From contig JBEPZY010000001.1 of the NCBI GenBank assembly GCA_041640595.1, forward strand, positions 448,001 through 512,000: a DNA stretch of 64,000 nucleotides, given 5' to 3'. The position numbers and the translations under genes are program-made. Position 1 is the first letter of the stretch; each line of letters opens with the position of its first letter. Positions 9,363 through 17,814 of the stretch are shown in pieces. The notes beneath the pieces are model-generated. The model saw only the letters and a list, made by a program, of their open reading frames with translations, was not told the DNA's origin and ran no database searches. Origin of the DNA: Gemmatales bacterium (lineage in GTDB: Bacteria; Planctomycetota; Planctomycetia; Gemmatales; HRBIN36).

Positions 9363-11174
9363 CTAAGCGTGGATGATGAGGCGAACACTCTCGGGCAGGT
9401 ATTGACCCACTTCCTGAATAACATCGCCCTTCATGGCTTTCCATAGCGGACCGCGCTGGCTGGCACCGAGAATCAAGACGTCGGCTCCGTGTATGACGGC
9501 TGTTTCAGCGATCATCGCCGCCACGTTATCGCTGGCTGTATAGACGGGACGCCAGGGTACACCGGCTTCTCGTGCCAATTGGTCCACTTCCGCGAACAGC
9601 TTACTGGCTTCCTGATCGCTGCGAGGGTCCAGCAGTTCTTCGTCCGGCCCCATGGGTAAAATCGCCAGTTGACGTACAAACAGGACACGCAACTCTGCCT
9701 GGCGGCTCTTGGCTTCCTCAACCGCAAACTGCAACAGTCGGGGATTGCCTCCTCGTGCGGCAACCATGACGATACCTTTCGGCTCGTAGGCGTGCTTTGC
9801 TTCCGCCGCAGCTTCAGCAGTTTCCGACCCGGACTCGCCTTCGGTCGGGGCAGGGGTGAGGGCTTTCCGCAGCGGAGCAGGCAAGCGACTTATACTGTCG
9901 GCCAGCTCAGCCCGATGCCGCACCAGCCAGCGTGCACCCAGACCGGCTCCCAGAACCACCAGGGCGAAAATCAATGCGTGGACTTTGGTTACGGCAATGG
10001 TGAGCCAGACCACGAGCATGAGCGCGGCCAGCAATGCCAGCCCCAATCGCTCCCAGCTCGCCAAGTCGTTACGGCGAGCGGTAGCGGTGGCTCCCAGGTT
10101 GATGGTAATCGCTCCAACCACGCCAATGGCGTACAGGTCGGCGAGCTTGGCTACGTCGGGAAACAAGAGCAACACCGTCAGCGGCACGCCGGTCGCCAAA
10201 AGCAGGGGCAGCAATGGTACGCCATAACCGTTTAGCTGCAACATATTTTTGGGCAACTCACCGTCTCGCGCCATCATAAACTGGATACTGACCAGGCCGG
10301 ATAAGGCAGTGTTGACCGCCGATAATAGCAGTAGTGCAAAAACAATGGAAGAAACAGCGGCAAAGCGTGGGCCGACGTAGTACTCGGCAAGGGCACGCAA
10401 CATGTCATCGCGATGCGCTGTGTATTGTGCATCTACGTTGCCATCGCCCAGAAAAACTGCGGGTACCGCCAGCATGGCCAACGTAAGCAGCAGGTTCAGG
10501 GTAACAATCTCCGCCAGCACTGGGTAAATGGCCAATTTGGAAGTGCGTTCGACCGGGCGAACCATGATACCGGTCATGTTGGCGACAGCTTCGACGCCGG
10601 ACACCGCCAGGATGATAGAGACAAACTGTCGCCACATCTGCCAGGCATCGCCGCTTGGTCGCTCAATGTGTGCCTGGGGGAGCGAGGGGACGGCAAACGA
10701 GGCAATGACAATTGTCATGGCTACCGTAAGCACGGCGATAACCAGTGCCCCGGTTCCGGATTTGCGCGGCCCGAAGAAGTTGAACATACCGATAGCGGCA
10801 ATACTAACAGCCGCCCACCATTCCGGATGCGGCACATTGAGATAATGGAAAGCGTCGAGAGCCGATATTGATGCCGTGATGATGTAGTCAGCGCATAACA
10901 GTAAACCGCCCACCACGGCAAGCATTTGTGAGCGTTCCCGGGCCGAAGAATAGACTCCACCACCGTCCGGATGCAGCCGACAAATCACAGAATAGGCCCA
11001 GCCTAGCAACACCAGAAGAGCCGACATCGCCAGCATGAACCACAGCGAGGCGTGATGAGTGTAATAGAAGCACAATCCCAGCACGTACAACCGGCTGGTG
11101 CCCCAGTCGCCGAACAGCATGGGGCCAGCATGATACCAGTGGAGTTCCCGAGGCCGGCGCGGTCGCGGAACCAT
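9363..11174 (-). CDS. APC-superfamily permease with C-terminal universal stress protein (USP) domain
   Basis: HPDGGGVYS, LLCADYIIT, SGVEAVAN, LLSAVNTA, ARDGELP, LADLYAIGVV; about 12 TM helices; C-terminal ADVLILGASQRG..GDV USP motif; AAGAGG upstream of ATG 11174. Confidence 0.9.
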   Translation of the reverse strand: MVPRPRRPRELHWYHAGPMLFGDWGTSRLYVLGLCFYYTHHASLWFMLAMSALLVLLGWAYSVICRLHPDGGGVYSSARERSQMLAVVGGLLLCADYIITASISALDAFHYLNVPHPEWWAAVSIAAIGMFNFFGPRKSGTGALVIAVLTVAMTIVIASFAVPSLPQAHIERPSGDAWQMWRQFVSIILAVSGVEAVANMTGIMVRPVERTSKLAIYPVLAEIVTLNLLLTLAMLAVPAVFLGDGNVDAQYTAHRDDMLRALAEYYVGPRFAAVSSIVFALLLLSAVNTALSGLVSIQFMMARDGELPKNMLQLNGYGVPLLPLLLATGVPLTVLLLFPDVAKLADLYAIGVVGAITINLGATATARRNDLASWERLGLALLAALMLVVWLTIAVTKVHALIFALVVLGAGLGARWLVRHRAELADSISRLPAPLRKALTPAPTEGESGSETAEAAAEAKHAYEPKGIVMVAARGGNPRLLQFAVEEAKSRQAELRVLFVRQLAILPMGPDEELLDPRSDQEASKLFAEVDQLAREAGVPWRPVYTASDNVAAMIAETAVIHGADVLILGASQRGPLWKAMKGDVIQEVGQYLPESVRLIIHA

Positions 11175-11404
11175 GACAGTAACCTCTTTTAGTTGGCAGC
11201 TGGTAAAAACATCACGGAAAAAGTCGGGTACGGCCGTCGGCCTAACCGCAACCACGCAAGGCCAGGAACGATCCTGCCGCCCAGCTGTTCCTCGGCGGGT
11301 AGCAGAAACCCGAAGAGACTCCCGTCGTCAGCCGGGTCAATTCCCCGGCCGGATAGACTACGCCTGCACAAGCCAGAGCAAGAATCGGCCATAGAAATTC
11401 CTCG

Positions 11405-11578
11405 CGGACGCTTACGGGGTTAGCTGACGGGTTCGGGGCCGAGGTTACCCCTACCGGCCCGGATGACGGTTCCGCATCGTAACTGGCAGTCGTTATTTCT
11501 TGACCGCCAGGCGAGCCGGATTCACCCCAGTCTTTGGGTCCCCCGTTCCAACCGTGTCGCGGTCGGATTCAGCGACGT
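11405..11578 (-). ncRNA. Cyclic di-AMP (ydaO/yuaA) riboswitch
   Basis: Reverse complement contains, in order, CGCTGAATCC...GGAACGGGGGACCCA...TGGGGTGAATC...GTAGGGGTAACCTC..CCCGAACCCGTCAGCTAACCCCGTAAGCG, the conserved ydaO blocks; lies in the 5' leader of the permease. Confidence 0.93.
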
Positions 11579-11603
11579 TTGATATTCCATTTTACGGTAA
11601 GCC

Positions 11604-11631
11604 GTTATATCCCTACGCCTCCTCCCGTCAA
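11604..11631 (-). promoter_or_regulatory. Putative sigma70 promoter for the riboswitch/permease transcript
   Basis: TTGACG-N16-TATAAC on the minus strand, about 25 nt upstream of the aptamer. Confidence 0.6.
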
Positions 11632-11698
11632 GAGAACCCGGTGCACCTTCTATCCGAACTTATGTAGCAACCAGCGCATACGCTCCGCATGGTGAGTG

Positions 11699-13759
11699 TC
11701 AACCAGCCTGCGGACAACCGTCGATTACCAGTCGGCACGGTGGCAGTGCTTCCAGAAAACGCCGGCCATACGGTTTGGTGAGGATGCGTGGGTCGAGGAT
11801 CACGACCCGGCCTGTGTCGGTTTTGGTGCGAATCAGTCGGCCGAAACCTTGCTTCAACTTGATGACGGCCAGAGGCACCTGATACTCAAAAAACGGGTTT
11901 CGACCTGCTTCCCGGAGCGCATCAATTCTGGCTTCGACTAGTGGTCGGTCGGGGACGGCAAAGGGCAGGCGGGTGATGATCACCGTTTGCAGCGCCTCGC
12001 CCGGCACATCTACGCCTTGCCAGAAACTGTCCACGCCGAACAGTACAGCGTTGCCTGCTTCTCGAAACCGCTGCACCATCTGTTGCCTGGACAAATTTTC
12101 TCCCTGGCACAAAAACGGATAACCACGTTCCTGGAACCATGAACGTAACTGATCAGCCAGGCGTTGCATTTGCTCGGTATTGGTGAATAAGACAAAGGTC
12201 CGGCCACCGCTATCGGAAACATACTGGCGAATGTAACGTTTGAGCATTTCTTCCTGTTGCTGCGGTTCCGCGGCCGGGTCGGGAATCATGCGAAACAGAT
12301 GCAGCTCTGCCTGGCGACGGTAGTCGAAGGGGCTGCCGAGTTGTAGCGTCTGTACGGAAAGCGAGCCGTTTGTTGATGGGCCGGACGTTTCCGCGAGGCC
12401 GAGACGATCGGCGAAGAAAGCAAAACCAGAATTGCCCGGCCCGGTGCTCAGCGTGGCACTGGTAAGAATAACGCTCGGAATGCGGTCGAAGACGTGTTCA
12501 CGCAAAGCTGGTCCGACATGAATGGGTGCCGATGCCAGGACGATGCGTGGCTGAGCCCGACCGAAGCTGCGCTCCAGCCAGTAAACCTGGTTTTCGAGAC
12601 GCTGATCGAGCCAGCCGGTTATCAAATCCGCAAAACTTTCGCATCGCCGGGCTGCTGCCTGGAGTTCGATTCGCAATTCGTCAGTGCTTACCTCACCAGC
12701 CACTTTCTGGATGCGGTGGGCCAGCGCGTGTAATTCCACGCTGAGATGGGCGGGAATCGGGATTGGCTCACGAACTCGAAATGTATCGGCAAATGCAGCC
12801 TGAGTGGACACATTCCGGCGACCATTGTCGCTGCGAGAGGACGGTTGCCAGGTAGCCAGCTGGCCGAAAAATTCCTCCGCAGCCCGGCGAACAATGGCGA
12901 CCTGATCGCGGCTTTCTTCATCTCCCAGAGCAGTCAGCAAGCCTCGCCCCGATTTCGGCGAGAATAAGCGGTTGAGAAGGAAATTGACTTGCGTGTTGGA
13001 CAGGCTGATACCGAAATGCTCCGCCGCGACATCCTCCAGTGTGTGGGCTTCGTCGAAAATGACCGCTTCGTACTCGGGTAGCAAAGCAGCACCATCGCTG
13101 GCCAGCCGCAACGCCAGATCAGCGAAAAACAGGGCGTGATTGACGACCAGAATCTGTGCCTTACGTGCCAGTTGCCGCGACCGGAAGAAAAAGCAACCGT
13201 CGTAATAAGGACACCGTCGCCCCAGGCAATTATCCGAATCACTGGCGACCTGATCCCAGACGCTTTGTAAAGGCTGGAAATCCAGGTCGCTCAGGGTGCC
13301 ATCGTCCGTTTCATTCGCCCAGTTCACCAGCCGTGCCATCTGGGCCAGCTCTTCCTGGCGTTCGAACAATTGAGCGGCGCGAGGAGCAGCCACAGCCAGA
13401 CGTCGCCGGCTGAGGTAATTGCTTCGCCCCTTGAGCAGCACTGCCGTGAAAGGTTCCGGCAAGGCCCGACGCAACAGCGGCAAATCCTTGTGCACCAACT
13501 GCTCCTGCAGACTAATCGTGTAGGTGGAAATGACGATGCGAGTGTCGCTATGTTCCTGAGCAAAAAAGATAGCTGGCACCAGGTAGGCAAAGCTCTTACC
13601 GACCCCAGTTCCTGCTTCGACCATCAAATGCCGGCGAGATGCGAGCGCAGCCGCAACTGCTCGAGCCATTTCCAGCTGCTGCGGCCGGTTTTCATATTGC
13701 CCCAAACAGCGTGAGATATAACCACCCGGCCCTAAAGCCTGTTCCACTCGGTTTTCCAT
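11699..13759 (-). CDS. DinG/YoaA family ATP-dependent DNA helicase
   Basis: RPQQ Q-motif, VEAGTGVGKS, VVNHALF, DEAH, LTSATL, SFWQGVDVPG, QGFGRLIR. Confidence 0.93.
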   Translation of the reverse strand: MENRVEQALGPGGYISRCLGQYENRPQQLEMARAVAAALASRRHLMVEAGTGVGKSFAYLVPAIFFAQEHSDTRIVISTYTISLQEQLVHKDLPLLRRALPEPFTAVLLKGRSNYLSRRRLAVAAPRAAQLFERQEELAQMARLVNWANETDDGTLSDLDFQPLQSVWDQVASDSDNCLGRRCPYYDGCFFFRSRQLARKAQILVVNHALFFADLALRLASDGAALLPEYEAVIFDEAHTLEDVAAEHFGISLSNTQVNFLLNRLFSPKSGRGLLTALGDEESRDQVAIVRRAAEEFFGQLATWQPSSRSDNGRRNVSTQAAFADTFRVREPIPIPAHLSVELHALAHRIQKVAGEVSTDELRIELQAAARRCESFADLITGWLDQRLENQVYWLERSFGRAQPRIVLASAPIHVGPALREHVFDRIPSVILTSATLSTGPGNSGFAFFADRLGLAETSGPSTNGSLSVQTLQLGSPFDYRRQAELHLFRMIPDPAAEPQQQEEMLKRYIRQYVSDSGGRTFVLFTNTEQMQRLADQLRSWFQERGYPFLCQGENLSRQQMVQRFREAGNAVLFGVDSFWQGVDVPGEALQTVIITRLPFAVPDRPLVEARIDALREAGRNPFFEYQVPLAVIKLKQGFGRLIRTKTDTGRVVILDPRILTKPYGRRFLEALPPCRLVIDGCPQAG

Positions 13760-13918
13760 ACCGTTATTTTGCCAATTTCTCCTGTCGCCGACCAACCCGG
13801 TACTGCATCTGCGATAATCTTAGCGGCCAACCCGTGCCCTGGTGCAAAAAATTCGGTATGCGTTGCATCGGGCTTATCACGCTTCGATTGCTACGATGCG
13901 CCCGACGCACCAGCGAAG

Positions 13919-13943
13919 CCCTGACAAGACCTGTCTGTCAGGG
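13919..13943. terminator. Stem-loop downstream of the PQQ gene (possible terminator or processing stem)
   Basis: CCCTGACA...TGTCAGGG inverted repeat; no clear U-tract. Confidence 0.3.
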
Positions 13944-13975
13944 TTGCCGAGCGGTTATATCAGGGACGACGAAAC

Positions 13976-15394
13976 TTATTTTGCGCCGGTGTGCCGAATG
14001 CAATACACAACAGCACCGGTGCGAATGACCAAGGCTCCATCCACAACTGCGGCACCATACTGCACCGGGTCGGGAAAATCTAAACCGCCCGGCCCCTTAC
14101 GCGGTGTGCCTTGACCAGGTGCGGGTTTTGACTGTGCGGCGTGATGATCGTCCTTGACTTTTGCGACAGGCGACTGATTTTCCCACAGCTGGTTCTCAGC
14201 CAGCACTTCCAATTTTCGCCCGGCCCGCAGCACTGTCGTTAGCCCATCCTTGCCGAAGAAGTAAACGCGGTCACCGATGCCCATGGGGGTTGCCCAGCAG
14301 GATTGTTTCAGACGCGTAGTGTATAGTTCTTCACCTGTGGCTAAGTCATAAGCAAACAGTCCACCGACCTTGTTAGTCCAGTAGGCGACTCCCTGGTGCA
14401 CACATGGAGATGCAAAAGAGGCCAGAGCTTTCACCCGCCAGACCACTCGCGGTTGCCAGTCTGAGTCCTGGCAGGTAACTTCTAAGCAAAAGTTAGAACG
14501 CCGGGCTTCCTCCTGGTACTGGTCATTATGCCCTGGTGTAGCCGCTATAAGCATTTTTCCCGGAGCAAAGCATACGGGCGTCGGAACAACGTTCCCGCCC
14601 ACGTCCTTGACACTCCAGAGCAGTTTGCCTGTCTGGCAATCGTAAGCATCCACGCTGCCATTCGAACTGATTACCACCTGGGCTTTACCATTCGCCACGA
14701 AGATTGCGGGGGAAGACCAGCTCTGCCGGCTTGGCCGATCCACTTTCCATGCCGTTTTTCCCGTGGCTTTGTCTATAGCTAACAAATAAGAAGGTCCGGA
14801 ATGTTCTACTAGCACATAGATTTTATCCAGCCACTGCGCGGGACTGGCGCCTAAACCAAATGGTGCTATAAAGGCGCCATATTCCTTGACCAGGTCTCTC
14901 TCCCAGACCTTCTTGCCCGCGTGATCCAGGGCCACTAAGTTCCCAGTCTCAAAAAACGCATAAATGCGTTCGTCATCCACCACTGGAGTGGGCGCTGCCC
15001 GACTGTGATAATAGCTACTTTCAGCAGTCATCGCGGGAGGAATTGTTGCATCCCACACCACACTCCCATCACTGAGACGCAGCGCAGTTACATGGCATTT
15101 ATCCCGTATAGTTCCTTCCAAAGAGGTAACGTAAACCTTATCTCCCCAGATAACCGGCGATGATTGGCCCTGTCCCGGAAGTTTCGATTTCCAGGCGATA
15201 TTTTCTTTCGGCGACCAGCGTATAGGAATGCTATCGGGGTCCTTGATCGGCGTAGCTCCCGCACCTAAAAAAGCCGGCCAGCACGGCACAGCCTTGGGCT
15301 GCGATGCAGGTGTGGTAAGTATGCCTTTCAATAAGGTCGCCACTAACAAACCCGCGATGCAGCTGCACTTCGACAAAGGCTTGATCCTTAGCAT
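13976..15394 (-). CDS. PQQ-binding-like beta-propeller protein, exported
   Basis: Signal peptide, WPAFLG, PGQGQSSPVIWG, RAAPTP, GASP, SWSSP, WATP. Confidence 0.88.
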   Translation of the reverse strand: MLRIKPLSKCSCIAGLLVATLLKGILTTPASQPKAVPCWPAFLGAGATPIKDPDSIPIRWSPKENIAWKSKLPGQGQSSPVIWGDKVYVTSLEGTIRDKCHVTALRLSDGSVVWDATIPPAMTAESSYYHSRAAPTPVVDDERIYAFFETGNLVALDHAGKKVWERDLVKEYGAFIAPFGLGASPAQWLDKIYVLVEHSGPSYLLAIDKATGKTAWKVDRPSRQSWSSPAIFVANGKAQVVISSNGSVDAYDCQTGKLLWSVKDVGGNVVPTPVCFAPGKMLIAATPGHNDQYQEEARRSNFCLEVTCQDSDWQPRVVWRVKALASFASPCVHQGVAYWTNKVGGLFAYDLATGEELYTTRLKQSCWATPMGIGDRVYFFGKDGLTTVLRAGRKLEVLAENQLWENQSPVAKVKDDHHAAQSKPAPGQGTPRKGPGGLDFPDPVQYGAAVVDGALVIRTGAVVYCIRHTGAK

Positions 15395-15497
15395 AGCATT
15401 CTCCTAAGGTGTAAGGGGTTCCCGCGATCTATTCTCCTCGTGGGCAACTTTACGCTGGGCCAGTTCCCTTCTCTATGATATAGCCCCAAGCAAAAGT

Positions 15498-16493
15498 TTA
15501 TTGCTCGATAGAAACGATTTCTCCGCCTGCACGGGTGGAGATAGCGCGCCAAACTGTGATATCTACGCTGTTGCGCACGAAGCGGATGGCACCGTCTCCC
15601 AATAAGAGATTCACGCCGCCGGGATGATTGGAGCGGGCTGTGCTAAGCGACTTATTGTTCCAGCCGTTTCCACAGTCCCAGTTTACTGAATTCGGTGTGT
15701 AAAAATGGTTGTAAAGAGTGCTGCCATAATGGCCATCTATCCACTTAGCACCTCGCTGTCCATTCCAAGTGCCGCCGCTGGCCGACTCGCATTGAGCAGG
15801 TGTCGGGTCAGAGCCACTAGGCACCACGAAGCGGTGTCGCTTAGGATTAGCGTTGCTGGCACTGGCAGGGGTATTCCCGTCTCCAAGCAAGGATTCACTC
15901 AGCAAAGCCGTGTTTGAACTGCCATCGAAAATGTCGCTGACCCGCATTGGCTGATCGGTAAACACACCATCTCCTAAACTAACATTACCAAAGCCCACAG
16001 CACCGCTGCCAACACAGGCAACGTAATTCGTCGGGCCATAAGGTTGGTTAGGCACGCGAGGTCGTATTCCATCGCTGGGACAAACGAAGAGACTTATCAC
16101 GGCCTTCGAAGGACAATTGGGATTAGAGTTATCATTGGGATTAGTACCGGTGCCAAAAAAATCAAGGGGTGGTTGGCTAAAGTCCACTAGGTTATGTAGA
16201 TTATCTTGCTCAACATAAGGCAGCAACCGAGCTAATGGCGAGAAAACCATCGGAAAAGGCTGCCTTGCGGGAGGAAATTGATCCAGAGCGGCATGATGGT
16301 TGTGCAGGGCAATGCCTAACTGGCGCAGGTTGCTTGCACAGCGCATGCGATTGGCTGCTTCGCGTACCCGCTGAATCGCCGGGAGCAGCAGGGCCATGAG
16401 CAGGCCGATAATGGCGATCACCACCAATAGCTCAACCAGCGTAAAGCCGCGGGTTCCCCTTTTTATTGCAGTTAGCCGTTTCGTTTCTTGCAT
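15498..16493 (-). CDS. DUF1559 prepilin-type N-terminal cleavage/methylation, H-X9-DG domain protein
   Basis: [69 protein letters not shown] upstream of ATG 16493. Confidence 0.95.
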   Translation of the reverse strand: MQETKRLTAIKRGTRGFTLVELLVVIAIIGLLMALLLPAIQRVREAANRMRCASNLRQLGIALHNHHAALDQFPPARQPFPMVFSPLARLLPYVEQDNLHNLVDFSQPPLDFFGTGTNPNDNSNPNCPSKAVISLFVCPSDGIRPRVPNQPYGPTNYVACVGSGAVGFGNVSLGDGVFTDQPMRVSDIFDGSSNTALLSESLLGDGNTPASASNANPKRHRFVVPSGSDPTPAQCESASGGTWNGQRGAKWIDGHYGSTLYNHFYTPNSVNWDCGNGWNNKSLSTARSNHPGGVNLLLGDGAIRFVRNSVDITVWRAISTRAGGEIVSIEQ

Positions 16494-16679
16494 ATTATTC
16501 CCTCCTAATGAAAGACCGGTGTTGTCTAAGCAAATGGCGCATGGTTGAAGTGGTCTCCTAAATCCCTCAAAGACACCAGTTACAGGGAGCATAGCTATAG
16601 CGGCAGCGTTGCGAAAGTAGCTATGCCAAGCTGGCAACAGCTTCAGGCTCTATGTTCGTCCGCTTACCCAACCAAATGC

Positions 16680-17348
16680 TTAGACGCGAGGCGGAGGGGC
16701 TGCTGGACAAAGATCGCATTGCGGTTTCAGGAGTAACTCTGAGCAAACGTATGGTTGTTCGTCTAAGTTCAATCCGGCAAGCTTAGCTGGTCCGTTAGCG
16801 GGCAGACTTAGTATGGGACTGGTTAACTCGTCTCCTTCGCCTTGACAACGTTTTCGCAACTGAGGATGCACCCATTTGCAGTCTTTGGAAGCGAATGACT
16901 CCGTTTTCTCATTGTTGCAAACGTGATCGCGCCGAACATCTTCACGACAGCATTCCGGGCACCTGTGTTCATTGTCTTGGGCACAGGAGTTTGCCTCACA
17001 GCATGGCTCAGCCAACGTATTGGAGCCGCACGATTGGGAATCAAGGATAGGACTTAGTCCCTGTATCATTGGCGGATTATATTGTTTTGCCCAAGCGATT
17101 CGTTCGGCAAGACTTAGGCAGCAGCAGTTATGCCAGCAATCTTCCGCATTCTTACAACCGCAAGGTCGGTACATGCAGGGGAATGGCACACGTAAATCCT
17201 TATGCCAACCAACGCGCGAAATAAACGCCGGCAGCCCGAATAGGGATAACATGTGCCCTATCAGGGTTGCTAGGAGTATGCTGTTGCGAATTACCTGCTG
17301 TAGTCCTCTGCGCCTTATCATTTTTGGCAGGATATTAGCAAGAGTCAT
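16680..17348 (-). CDS. Cysteine-rich hypothetical protein with N-terminal hydrophobic segment and C-terminal PPPR
   Basis: 20 Cys in 222 aa (FPCMYRPCGC...CWHNCCC); ends CPAAPPPRV; co-oriented directly upstream of the DUF1559 gene. Confidence 0.75.
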   Translation of the reverse strand: MTLANILPKMIRRRGLQQVIRNSILLATLIGHMLSLFGLPAFISRVGWHKDLRVPFPCMYRPCGCKNAEDCWHNCCCLSLAERIAWAKQYNPPMIQGLSPILDSQSCGSNTLAEPCCEANSCAQDNEHRCPECCREDVRRDHVCNNEKTESFASKDCKWVHPQLRKRCQGEGDELTSPILSLPANGPAKLAGLNLDEQPYVCSELLLKPQCDLCPAAPPPRV

Positions 17349-17814
17349 ACCGTTATCACGTATTATTACCGAAACCGCACGGACGTCTAGATGGTTCTAG
17401 GTACTCGTAGCCAGTTCGGTATCGTCTTTGGCAGCCCGCAATAGTGCGGAAAGGTTGTCTGCGCAGTTGGGAGTTATTCCGGCGTAGGTTTGTCCCGCAC
17501 GGCCAGTTGAGGCGAAAACCAAAGCGGGCGAGCGTGAGGCAAGGCCGAAAGTTGAAGCAGTCCTGTATGGATGAACGACTGCGAGAATGAACGTCCGCCG
17601 AGCGCAGTGCTAAGTCGGTCAGGCTCGGGGGTTGGTGAGAGGGGCCTTTACCAAACGTCGCGGGTTGGTCCGTTCGTCAGTGCGTTGACCTCAGAGGTTG
17701 GTGGACAGTGGCCGGGCCGGTCATTAGCATATTAGGGGGGTCTATAAGTCCAAAGGTGGGCTAAAGATAACGATCACCGCAATTGCCTGTCGGGCGCAAG
17801 TTGGGAGGCTGGCC

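Noticed and set aside
9082..9366. 94-aa plus-strand ORF in the intergenic gap
   Set aside because: TTG start, no clear RBS and no recognisable features.
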